A DNA stretch of 61,873 nt, the filler included, from Asterionella formosa (taxonomy: Eukaryota), in NCBI GenBank assembly GCA_002256025.1. It is 8 parts of 8 records of this genome, joined end to end, with 100 filler letters (N's around TTAATTAATTAA, not from the genome) between each part and the next. Parts side by side here need not be neighbours in the genome. Positions count along the whole stretch, not along the records: positions 46,506 to 54,142 come from NKIB01012414.1; positions 54,243 to 61,873 come from NKIB01012415.1; 6 more parts are not named here. The stretch is one strand, 5' to 3'. Shown piece by piece: positions 50,133 to 61,873 of this stretch. Made by a program: the position numbers and the translations under genes. Below the pieces are notes generated by a model. It was given only the letters and a program-made list of their open reading frames with translations. It ran no database searches and was not told the DNA's origin. How positions within the stretch are numbered: position 1 is the stretch's first letter; every line of letters starts with the position of its first letter.

Positions 50133-51884
50133 TGCATTTTTTCGAACATATCCTTAGAGCTTAAAAATAAATTCAGACTATTCTGGTACAACCATGGAGG
50201 ACTACTTGGCCTTAATAGCGGTGAACACGGTCCTTATTGTTGGGATGCTCTTTGCGGTTTTCATGGTCTATGTTTTTTTATGATTTTTACCGATTTTCTC
50301 CCCTTCGTTATGCGACCATGATCTGGCAATTGAAGCGCAATGGATTGTCGGTAGTGGGAACGGTCCAATCATCGCGTACTATCACTTATAGATTTGAAAC
50401 GCAATACTTTCTAACTGTGTCAGTCAACAACGACGACATCAATGATTTCGTTGCAAGTGCGGTGATTGAAAGGAGTCCAGAGTGTATTGTTGATGCCAAC
50501 ATGGACACGGGAAAAATGTGCATGATTCAGGAGTACAAGATTTCGTCCAAGATATCGTACAATCAGGCTGTCAATACAAGTCTCATTGAAATGTTAGTTG
50601 ATCCAACAACATTCTCGTCACTTTGGCCGGTGGCGCTCCCTGCCAGTGAGATGGATCGCTTTTTTCGCCATGCACTCCTCTTTTTATTGGATCTGACATT
50701 CCTGCCCCTGGCGTTTTGGCTGGATTTTTGGCTTATTGATATTGACCTCACTCCCATTTTGACTTTCATTTTCATCTTATTATTTATTTATTTTGTTCGC
50801 CTGCTTCGTTGTGGGTTGCTCCTTTGCATCACCTCTCAATGACCAGCGTGAACATAGTTGATACCAATGCAGCACAATCAAAAATTGATTCTATTATGTA
50901 ACCCACTGTGATTCCATAAATGAATTCCTTTTCTGCAAAGAAGTGAGGAGGACATTGCTTGGAGGTTTGACATGTATATGAAGGTGGAAATCATGAACCA
51001 ACATCCACAGAACAGGTGGTGAGTGGATTTAGAAGGGTGAAAATAGGAATATTTAATAGATATGATGTTGTGCTCATGCTTTAATATTATCTGGTATACA
51101 TACACTCAATAAAGCCACCCTTTTTGTAGACTTTGTTCTGGGCATTGTTGCCTTTGTTGGTACAATAGTATCAAGATCACACCTGCGGTTTCAACATGGG
51201 GAGGGGATTTTGTATACTGCATATAATCAGTATCTATAATAAGGACAGCAGATGTCTCAGCATGAATAATGCAATAATCCTCCTAACTCTTCGAAAATGG
51301 TAAAACATGGAAACTGACATTGTCTATTTGAATATTCGGGAAAATATGAATGGGAGTAAAACTCCAAGTTGGTTTGCCAGCTCCAGAGCAAATTCGCGCC
51401 CAATTCAGGAAGTTGCCCTGGTGACGACAGCGCAAGAGCCAAGAAATGTCACCAGAAAAATCGAGCCAGTCGAATGGAAGCATCAAGCGCAGTGACTGTC
51501 CCAACAACAGCCACCAATGCAGCGACTTTGGTGGTTGACTTCCACGGTAGGTGGCTACTGTAGGGGAATTGATTAAAGTGATGATAAGCCAATGAAGGGA
51601 GCGAATGAAGATGATGCAGTTGTTACATACATATAAATAATAAACAATGGTTTAGCTTACTGGTAACACATATTCGCAATATTCGGACTTTCCCGGAACT
51701 CCCAGGACAAGATTACATACCAGTACCGATGCTTGACAGCCAGAGTCGTGGGAGGGTCATGATTGAATTTATTTCTTGCTCAATACCGCAAACAACCATC
51801 AGTGCCCAATTCACATCGCTCATAAACAATTCAAATTCTAGTAAACATCAATGGCAGACCCAACCAACAACAAAATTACAAAAG

Positions 51885-52330
51885 TGCAGCTAACGCTGTA
51901 TGCCACGAAAGCTCAAGAACGTGGCAGGAGCCTTCAATGGCAAGTCGGATCCGTATGCCGTCGATACCGTTCCTGTCGGCTGATCCAAATGGAGAACAGC
52001 CGAGTTACAATGGACTATCGCAATTGAATTGAACGATTATGAAAAAGCCTTGACCGCTGTCGGCTCTGTTATTGCTCGATATATGGCCATGATCAAAAGT
52101 TTCCTGTTCTGGGATTTCGAGCCAAGTATGGCGGTGTTATTAATCATTGCTTCCAGATAGGATCAACAGCAGAAGAAGCACAAGGAATTGCTGGAATTCT
52201 GCAGGCATATCGCTCTGTTTTCAAGTCAGGACTGACCATGTCTGGTCCAACAGATTGTAGCGAGGTGATCGCAATGGCTGCTGCTCAAGCCCAAAGCAAA
52301 CAGGATGCTATGGAAAGATTTGGCCAGCGC
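51885..52330 (+). pseudogene. Internally deleted copine gene (C2 start joined to a vWA fragment)
   Basis: KLKNVAGAFNGKSDPYAV followed within about 70 bp by LNDYEKALTAVGSVIARY..DQKFPVLGF.AKY...HCF...GILQAY...MSGPT. Confidence 0.75.
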
Positions 52331-52683
52331 CTGGCCCGACATCTTTTCAGGATTCAAAGCAGATGATGCAGGACGTTTCTCGATGTAGAGATAGATGATA
52401 ACGACAAATTTGTTACGATTGACGTGTGCGAGCGAGGCAGAAAAAAAAAGGAGCCAAGAAGAACGACCACCGGCGTACCAGGGAGTACTCCGGAGTGCCA
52501 ATCAACTCCAGTTACAAATTGCGAGGTCCGTTTGTTCCCAAAATATTTTCATGATGTACGTCAATCCAGACATCAAATACAAGTAAATACAATAGTTTAA
52601 GGTAGAATTAGCTTTCACCATTACGACCACCTTGCATATGCTTAGATTGTGTCATTGCTCGACTTAAGGGCTTAAGGGTTATG

Positions 52684-54142
52684 TGTTGAGGGGAACCTTG
52701 TCGTGAATAAAGGTGAACTACAATATTATGACTATTCTATTGCTGTTTTGAGTACATCGTTGTTAGCACTCACGCATGTACCAAATCTGGTGGCTGCGCC
52801 GGTATGGTTCGTACGGCGCATGTATGGAGTATCATACTCAGATATTAACACACCCTCACCAACAGATGCAGGCAGAAGAACAGGAGCGGGGGTGGAGATG
52901 ATATCAGCATCGGAAGCCAAGCACGCATAATAGTTAGGAGGATTAGGGAGGGATGGAGGGCAATGGAGATAGTGCGGGCGCATCAACATATGTGGGGAAG
53001 CAGGATGATGTCTAGTGAAATAATCAGCACAATTCAAACTACCTTTTTCCCAGTATACAAGAAATTGGCCTTGGCAAACCCGATCACGTACCCAGTAATA
53101 ACGCATATCCATAGCTTTGGAGCATTTTTGTCGGACGGTATCATTGGCGATGCCACTGGCAGTGCTATTATCAGTGACAATACGGGTAGAAGGTTGGGGA
53201 TGTCCAAGCTCAACAAGAATGTTGCAAATAGCATATGCCTCTTTGCTATTGTGGAACAAAGCAGCTAATTTGGCCTCAGCAGCACTTGATAAAACCTCCT
53301 TAAGAATTTGACAGTGTACGTAAATAGCACCGTGAAGAGGAGGGATGGACATAGTGAGGCTAGGCGGAGACAAAGGTTTACAGCTGAGAAAGTGAATGCC
53401 AGCAGTGCAGGAGCAACCACGCATTTCAGATAGATAGGAGGCATCGCTTTCAACATGGAGGACCATGTCACTGGCAGTAAAGCAAAGTGTGGCCTCAGGA
53501 TGAGTGGCACAATAAATGAGAAGGTGATTAATAGCAGTCAAGGTAGCCACAGTGGGGGTTGCTTGTTGTGTAGCCAATGTGCCAAGGGCCGGCAACATAG
53601 TACAGTCAATAGCACGGGCATAATACAATAAAGTACCAAGACTCTCTTGCACACGTGGTTTATCATGGAGGTCAAGGACAGGAGTGATATCAGAAACAAC
53701 AAATAGCTGGTGAGTGCCATAACTAGGTGTAGTCCAGTTATGGGGGGCATGTTGTGGGTGTGTTGGGGTGGAGTGCATGAATCGTTGTAGAGCACGAACA
53801 ATGTAACCAGGCGTAGTGAGGTCAATGGTGCAATGTTCAGGAGACGGTCCACATCACTACGTTTGGTGTAACGTACACCAAAATCATCAACAACAAGCGT
53901 AAACATGAGATCACTGGTGGTATCCATCCATAGGCCACCAGGGGTGACTGGGCAGGGGAGGTAATGATGCGGGAGCAAGAACTGAGCAAGTTGATCATTG
54001 GCAAGTTTACCAGCCTGAGGCAGCCCATACATGCCACGACGGATTTCGGCATAGATGTGCCCATCAATGATTTTGGGAGCTAGGTTGTAGAGGATTTGAA
54101 TGTGTGGGGGGATCATCCATATAGGGATGCGCACATATTCAT
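52684..54142 (-). mobile_element. Copia retrotransposon 3' part: RT/RNase H relic, PPT (52851-52860) and 3' LTR (52684-52850)
   Basis: GMYGLPQAG, LVVDDFGV, GTLLYYARAID, SDASYLSE, SAAEA and TDNSTA motifs. PPT GGTGAGGGTG precedes a 167-bp LTR with TGTT...AACA ends. Confidence 0.92.
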
Positions 54143-54242
54143 NNNNNNNNNNNNNNNNNNNNNNNNNNNNNNNNNNNNNNNNNNNNTTAATTAATTAANN
54201 NNNNNNNNNNNNNNNNNNNNNNNNNNNNNNNNNNNNNNNNNN

Positions 54243-54678
54243 ACACCACACACAAACGAATGACCGCAGGACTGCACTTTGCTGTTAGAAACACTTGTCT
54301 AGGACCACCGCTTTTTGAGCATATGCTGGAAATCAAACGCCGGCATGAAATCCAGGAACAAAACAAGGAAATTGAATCAACGGTTTTTTGAATTGTTACA
54401 GAAGGTACAGGCCATCAGAGAGACTGGAAAGGAAGCAAGGTGGAAGCTACAATGTAGCTGAACTGAAAACAATGGTGACATGGTACAAGCGCAATGGCGA
54501 TGCGCCGCTTCCAATACCCAGACAGAACTTGTTGGTAAGATACTTGGAGACTTGTTGCCATGGAGAAAAGGATTCTCCATATCCAATTTGGCCTCTTGAT
54601 GTTTTGCTTGTGGGAGGGCAGGAGCTTAGAAGGGATGAGGGTGATATTGCAGTGGTGTTGATAGGCGCAAGCATTTAA
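54243..54678 (+). pseudogene. Degenerate ORF tail, possibly the C-terminus of a pogo/Tc1-like transposase
   Basis: YNVAELKTMVTWYKRNGDAPLP...LLVRYLET with a frame break upstream. The family assignment is recollection only. Confidence 0.3.
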
Positions 54679-55472
54679 TGTGGCTGAATGCATTTGTGTG
54701 TGATTGTGATATAAATACTAGATGCGAAAATTCATAAAAATAATTTTGCGACAACCAAACGGGGTAATCCATGATCATAATGGTATATAAAATTACATAC
54801 AATTATACATAAAAATTTAAGTACTGCTGTGACCCATTCCATTACTGGCAAATTTTGTCCACATAAAAGGTTTCGTATCTACCTCGACCTTCAATGAGAA
54901 TACCGACAGATCCACAACCTGCTGACTCCTTTGGTTAACAAGACCTGGAAGTTTGATTCTCGCAAGGCATGGAATAGGTTTAGTCGAACTAATCAAACGA
55001 ATAGAAGAACTCAGTGGGTCACAGCATTCCTTTACTGGTACCGTCCGTTTCATACGTACTTGGCTGGTATGCACTTAATTACTACAGATTAAAAGTACCT
55101 GGTACCAGGTACAAGGCATTTACACAATATCATAGTACGGTAAAACAAAATGAACTTCGGTATTTGTACTCCTATGTACGGCTGTATTTATTTTAGCTGT
55201 ATACACGGTTACATTTTTTGATTTTGTACAGCACGCGGTCTGCATGTTCGGACACATATTCGCAATATTCGGACTTTCCCGGAACTCCCGGGAGCACTTA
55301 AGTACTACCCGGTATACCTGGTTCAATCACAATGACAAGGAGAGAAGCAAAGATTCGTTTAATCACTTCTTGCTGGCGCTCAAACAATCAAATCAACGAA
55401 GTCAAGAAGTCGCTCGTCAACACAATAAACCACTACAATTGCATTCAAGCCGTCTTTGATAATGCTTCGACT

Positions 55473-58400
55473 ATGTGGCGGAGAAACAAAATTGAAGAAA
55501 TATGTCAAACGGTTGAAAGAAAATGATCCAAGTTTGACAAGACTTGAATTCTGCAGAAATTCAATATGTGAAGATGGCGCCAAGGCCATTGCAGAGTCCC
55601 TCAAGTTCAATACTGTCTTGACCACACTTGATCTCAGTGATAATTCAATTGATGATGATGCCGCCAAGGCTATTGCAGAGGCCCTCAAGGTCAATACTGT
55701 CTTGACCAAACTTGATCTCAGTTATAATTTAATTGGTGATGAAGCCACCGAGGCCATTGCAGAGGCCCTGAAGTTCAATACTGCCTTGACAGAACTTGAT
55801 CTCAGTCATAATTCAATTGGTTTTTATGGCGCCAAGTCCATTGCAGGGTCCCTCAAGGTCAATACTGTCTTGAATAAACTTGATCTCGGTGATAATTCAA
55901 TATGTGTTGATGGCGCCAAGGCCATTGCAGAGGCTATCAAGGTCAATACAGTCTTGAAGACACTTGATCTCAGCAATAATTCAATTGGGGAAGATGGCGC
56001 CAAGTACATTGCAGAGACACTCAAAGTCAATACTTTGTTAACTACACTTGATCTCGGGAAGAATTCAATTGGTTATTATGGCGCTAAGGCCATTGCAGAG
56101 GCCCTCAAAGTCAATACTGTGTTGACTACCCTTGATCTCGGGAAGAATTCAATTGGTTATTATGGATCCAAGGCCATTGCAGAGGCCCTCAAGGTCAATA
56201 ATGTCTTGATTACACTTGATCTTGGGAAGAACTCAATTGGTTATTGTAGCGCCAAGGCCATTGCAGAGGCTCTCAAGGTCAATACAGTCTTGATGACACT
56301 TGTTCTCAGTGATAATTCAATTGGTGATGATTTAAGCAATGAAATTCAAAGTCTTGTTGATGCAAACAAGAACCGTAAACCATCAGCCATCACAATGCCG
56401 CCAATCTCAACAACAACAATTATCCTCCCTCTTTCTTCCCCAACAGCTCCAACACCAACCAGTAGTAATTTCACTGATCCAATTTCCAGAGTTAGGTCGA
56501 TAATGAAGGCAGCTATGCAAAATGTGCAAAAAGAATGCCTTGTGAAGCTTGAGAACTTGGCTGTGAATAGGAATAATCAGGTCACGATTTCTGAAGCAGA
56601 AGGTATAACTATGATTCTGTCTGCCATGAAGAAGCATTCATCCAATGCTACTGTGCAAGAAAAAGGGCTCATGAAGCTTCAGGACTTGGTTGTGAATAAT
56701 GAAGACAACAAGACAGATATTGCTGCAGATGAATTCATCACCACAATTCTTTCTGCTATTATGAATCATTCATCCAATGCAAATGTTAAACACTATGGTT
56801 GTTTAGCACTTGTGAAAAACTTGGCCATTAATGACAACAACTACGTGACTATTTCTGCAACAGAAGCTATCACTACGATTCTTTCTGCAATGAGGAATCA
56901 TTTACTATATGCCACGGTACAAGAATATGGTTGTGCAGCTCTTTGGAGTTTGGCTTCAAATGACAACAACCAGGTGGCAATTAGTGAAGCAGGAGGTATC
57001 ACTACACTTCTGTCTGCTATGAATAATCATACATGCAATGCTACTGTTCAAGAGTATGGTTGTGCAGCACTTTGGAGCTTGTCCTCAAATGCCATCAACC
57101 AAATGGCAATTGCTGAAGCAGAATGTATCACTACAATTCTGTCTGCAATGAATAATCATTCATCCAATGCTACTGTGCAGCACTATGGTTGTGCAGCACT
57201 TTGGAGCTTGTCCTTGAATGACATCAACCAGGTCGCAATTGCTGAAGCAGAATGCATCACTACAATTCTTTCTGCTATGGAGATTCATTCATCCAATGCT
57301 GATATACAACATGTTGGTTGCTTAGCACTTGGGACCTTTGCTTCTTATAACAACAAAGAGGTTACAATTGTTGAAGGAAAATTTATCACTATGATTCTAT
57401 CTTCTATGAATAATGATTCATCCAATCCTACTATGCAAGCAGAACGTCTCATGAAGCTTCAGAATTTAGCTGTGAGTGAAAACAACCAGGTGACAATTGC
57501 TGAAGCAGAAGGTATCACTACAATCCTCTCTGCTATGAAGATGCATTCATCCAATACTAATGTGCAGCACTATGGTTGTGCAGCACTTAGGAACTTGGCT
57601 GTGAATGATACCAGCAAGGTAATGATTGCTGCAGCAGAAGGTATCCCTACAATTCTGTCTGCTATGACAATTCATTCATCAAATGCAAATGTTCAACACA
57701 ATGGTTGTTTAGCACTTGGGAACTTGGCTTCGAATGACGACAACCAGGTTACTATTGCTGCAGAAGGAGGTGTCACAACAATTCTGTCTGCTATGGATAA
57801 TCATTCATCCAATGCAAATGTTCAACACTATGGTTGTGGAGCACTTAGAAACTTGGCTGTCAATGACAACAACAGGGCAGTGATTGCTAAAGCAGAAGGT
57901 ATCACTACAATTCTGTCTGCCATGAAGAAGCATTTATCCAATGCTTATGTTCAACACTATGGTTGTGCTGCACTTTGGAACTTGGCTGTGAATGACAACA
58001 AAAAGGTGGCAATTGCTGCAGCAGGAGGTATAACTGCAATTCTGTCTGCTATGAGGAAGCATTCATCTGATGCTAATGTTCAACAATATGGTTGTGGAGC
58101 ACTTGGGAACTTGGCTGTGAACGACAACAACAAAGTAGCCATTGCTGCAACCGAAGGTATCATTACAATTTTGTCTGCTATGAGCAATCATTTATCATAT
58201 GCTTCTGTTCAAGAATATGGTTGTGCAGCTCTTTGGAGTTTGGCTTCAAATGACAACAACCAGGTGGCAATTAGTGAAGCAGGAGGTATCACTACACTTC
58301 TGTCTGCTATGAATAATCATACATGCAATGCTACTGTTCAAGAGTATGGTTGTGCAGCACTTTGGAGCTTGTCCTCAAATGCCATCAACCAAGTGGCAAT

Positions 58401-60168
58401 TGCTGAAGCAGAACATATCACTACAATTCTGTCTGCAATGAATAATCATTCATCCAATGCTACTGTGCAGCACTATGGTTGTGCAGCACTTTGGAGCTTG
58501 TCCTTGAATGACATCAACCAGGTCGCAATTGCTGAAGCAGAATGCATCACAACAATTCTTTCTGCTATGGAGATTCATTCATCCAATGCTGATGTTCAAC
58601 ACTATGGTCTCGAAGCACTTTGGAACTTTGCAATGAATGACTACAATAACAACAGGTTGGCTATAGCTGCAGTAAGAATTGTCACTGTGAATCTTTTTGC
58701 TATGAAGAGTTATTCATCCAATGCAAATGTACAAAACTATGGTTGTTCAGCACTTAGGAACTTGGCTGTGAATGACCAAAACAAGGTTACAATTGCTGCA
58801 GCAGGAGGTATCACTATGATTCTGTCTGCCATGGAGAATCATTCATCCAATACTAATGTGCAGCACTATGGTTGTGAAGCACTTGGGAACTTGGCTGTGA
58901 ATGACAACAACCAGGTGACAATTGCTGCAGAAGGAGGTATCACTAGGATTCTGTCTACTATGGAGATTCATTCATCAAATGCAAATGTTCAACACTATGG
59001 TTGTTTAGCACTTGGCAACTTGGCTGTAAAAAAAAGCATCCAGGTGACAATTGCTAAAGAAGGAGGTGTCACAACAATTCTGTCTGCTATGAAGAAGCAT
59101 CCATCCAATGTTAATGTTCAACTCTATGGTTGTGCAGCACTTTGGAACTTGGCTATGAATGAGAATAACCAGGTGATAATTGCTGAAGTTGAAGGTATCA
59201 CTAGGATTCTGTGTGCTATGAATTATCATTCATCTAATTCAAATATTCAACACTATGCTTGTGGAGCACTTGGGATCTTGGCTGCAGATGACAACAACAA
59301 GGTGGCCATTGCTGCAGCAGGAGGTATCACTTTGATTCTGTCTGCTATGGAGAGTCATTCATCCAATGCAAATGTGCAGCACTGTGGTTGCGCAGCACTT
59401 TGGAACTTGGCTGTGAACGACAACAACCAGGTTACAATTGCTGAAGCATGAGGTATCACTACAATTCTGTCTTCTTTGAAGAATCATTCATCCAATGCTT
59501 ATGTTCAACACTATGGTTGTGGAGTACTTGGGAACTTGGCTGTGAACAACGAAAACATGGTGATGATTGCTGAAGCAAAAGGTATCACTACCATTCTGGT
59601 TGCTATGAATATGCATTCTTCCAATGCTAATGTGCAGCATTATGGTTGTGGAGTACTTGGGAACTTGGCTGTTAATTATAACAACAAGTTGATTATTGCT
59701 GCAGCAGGAGGTATCACTACAATTCTGTCTGCTATGAAGAATCATTTGTCCAATGCTAATGTTCAACACTATGGTTGTGGAGCACTTGGGAACTTGGCTG
59801 TGAATGACAATTATCAGGTGTCAATTGCTGCAGTAGGAGGCATCTCTTTGATTTTGTCTGCAATGGAGAGTCATTCATCCAATGCTAATGTGCAATACTA
59901 TGGCTTTGGAGTGCTTAAAAACTTGGCTGTGAATAACTGTTTCAGTGTGGCAATTGTTGCAGCAGGAGGTATTACTACAATTCAGTCTGCTATGAAGAAT
60001 CACTCTTTAATTGCTGGTTTTCAAGATAAAGGTCTTGATGCACTTAGGAACTTGGATTGTAATACTGATAATAAGGTGACAATTGCCAAAGCTAGTGGAT
60101 TAGTTGCAACGATTCTTGGAATAGTGGCAATGATGCTTCTATGCAAAATCATTCATGGTTTGTATTAG
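55473..60168 (+). CDS. LRR (10 x 28 aa, RI-like) + Pro/Thr linker + ~28 armadillo repeats + C-terminal hydrophobic anchor; one in-frame TGA (59449-59451) and a probable 5' frameshift, so possibly a recent pseudogene
   Basis: LxxLDLxxNSIGxxGAKAIAEALKVN repeats at about 55525-56340. GITTILSAMxxHSSNAxVQxYGCxALxNLA repeats of ~43 aa at about 56500-60090. ORFs 55456-59451 and 59476-60168 share one frame. ATG 55473 (MWRRNKIEE) is one base out of frame with YVKRLKENDP. Confidence 0.85.
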
Positions 60169-60879
60169 GAAGAAAGATGGTAATGAGTTCCTGTTTCATG
60201 TATTTGGCAATATTATGTGCCACATTCATTGTTTCAAATTTGATTTTAAAGGATGCATAACATTTGTCATCAAAATCATCACTAGTACCCATCATGTCAT
60301 TCTTTAATCTCCATTCACCACACTTCAACCTATCAGCAGCAACACATGGGATTGATGCATCTACCTTTTTTTCTTAATATTTGTCCAACAACAGTGTGCC
60401 TTCCTGTCCACCATTGATGCTCATGTGATAAGCATTCAACAACATCTCCATTAGCAATGGTCAAGACTGCAATGGTAATGGTAGGATCACTTTGTATAGT
60501 ACATGAAAAGCTGGTTTGTTGTATGTAGATATAGGTTTAACTGGACAGTATAAAAACAAGGACACAAGAGGAGGAGAAGAGTAGTATGTGAGTCAATTAA
60601 CAAACCTGACAAACTCAATAGGAGCGAGTTTGGAAGGAGGGATGTTAAAAGAGTGAGGATATATAATTTATTAAAGACTATTATAGAGTAGAAGTGGTAC
60701 TAGTGGTTAGAATCTGACAGACAGAGGATTCAAATTATGGGCAGAGGAAACACAATGAAAAGACACACAATCATGATGAGAATGTTTGTGAAGAAACTGT
60801 GTTTTGGTGGCAATATGACGGACATTACGTGTCAATTTGCCAGCATGTGCTTTGATTTGCGCTGCTGGGTTATCTTCAC

Positions 60880-61560
60880 CAATTGGGACAGGATAATGAT
60901 ATTAGAGACACATACCTTCCATGTAGATGCATAACCAAAGAGCATATTTTAATAAGGTGATAGCAGTATCCAGTTCAGCTTCTGTGTTATTATAAGCAGA
61001 AGTACTCTGCTTGCGACATTAAATAATCACAGCAGTACCATTAATGAAAATGACACTGCCAGAACAAGCAAGGCGATCAAATACAGCACCACAAAAGTTA
61101 GCATCAGCAAGCACTTTAGTATCAGGTGCGAGACCTAGAGTGGGCCTGGGAACTGAAACATGTAATTGCTCATTCAAATTGTGAGAGATGGATGAAGCTG
61201 GAGTGTTGGTTGGAGCAACAATAGAGCTGATAGGTAGGACAGGAGATTGCCAAAAAGTATGTGCGTTGTCAAATCGATGAGCTTCCACACTGATTACAGT
61301 GGGTTCTTCTAGCCAGCAGGGGGCTGCCTGACTTATATGAAACAGAGATGAGGATGTATCTCCTAAAAACTCTTCTGTTAAAAGCTTGCGGGATATCTGT
61401 GTAGCTAGCGACAAAGGTATTTAGCAATCTGCACTACAGAAATGAAGTTCAGCCATGCATCTTGCAATCAGGGATCAGACACAGTACTGCAAGAGGTGGC
61501 GTAAAAATGATGTGCACACCAACATTTTATTCCAGATACCTTGAACAAGGTTCAGACCAA
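60880..61560 (-). mobile_element. Degenerate Copia RT-end/RNase H remnant
   Basis: DANFCGAVFDRLACSGSVIFINGTAV..*.RKQSTSAYNNTEAEL motif with stops. Confidence 0.7.
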
Positions 61561-61678
61561 GATTTGGGTCACTGGATGTGAAAGCATTTCAAAGGGAATG
61601 ATGATTACAATTTAGTGGTAATTACGGCATATCAAGTCAGTCAGAAACTCATGCTGGGCTGGGGATGGAGACAGCCTA

Positions 61679-61873
61679 CATCTAAGCCGCGTATTACGTG
61701 AAGTGACCATCACATAAATAAGCCTAGTTGATTTTGAATGCATCACATGAATTAGTTGAATACATCAAAATACGTAGTTGAATATATCTATATATTATCT
61801 GAATGCATCACGTTAAATATTTGATCAAAGTATCATGCATGCATTCCTGATCATCACTATATTATGTGATCAC
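61679..61873 (-). mobile_element. End of the CATCTAAGCC-TIR element (third copy)
   Basis: Reverse complement of about 13546-13742. Confidence 0.8.

Noticed and set aside
50237..50842. 201-aa ORF with a hydrophobic end
   Set aside because: Non-ATG start, and the hydrophobic tail mirrors a K/R-rich opposite strand. No family recognised.
7665..54242. TTAATTAATTAA palindromes recurring every ~7.7 kb
   Set aside because: Artificial contig-joining linkers inside N runs. Gene neighbourhoods across them are meaningless.
55525..60090. Regular 84-nt and 129-nt repeats resembling a CRISPR-like array
   Set aside because: They are in-frame LRR and ARM coding repeats with no unique spacers and no cas genes.

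Overview
Eukaryotic DNA, most likely from a diatom or related ochrophyte (short GT-AG introns, a signal peptide plus ALAFVP plastid-targeting motif, Copia-type LTR elements). The window is not one locus. It is eight contigs of about 7.63-7.66 kb in decreasing length order, joined by 100-nt N44-TTAATTAATTAA-N44 spacers, so synteny holds only within a contig. Apparently intact genes: U2 snRNP A', a plastid fibrillin, a truncated (2/2) hemoglobin, a bestrophin-type channel, a divergent alpha-tubulin, a PT-repeat type I membrane protein, a 1316-aa hypothetical protein and a partial fucosyltransferase-like ORF. Disrupted genes: a CLC-family channel, an RI-like LRR gene and a copine. Mobile DNA: several Copia remnants and LTRs, a Kolobok/'Mutator-like' transposase relic, a Stowaway-like TIR element and an unclassified TIR family with CATCTAAGCC termini. 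The two most unusual signals are a gene with 10 LRRs, about 28 ARM repeats and a tail anchor whose repeats vary at fixed positions, and palindromic (CCTGGTA)n/GGTACC tracts upstream of most genes. All assignments come from motif recognition by eye; no searches were run.
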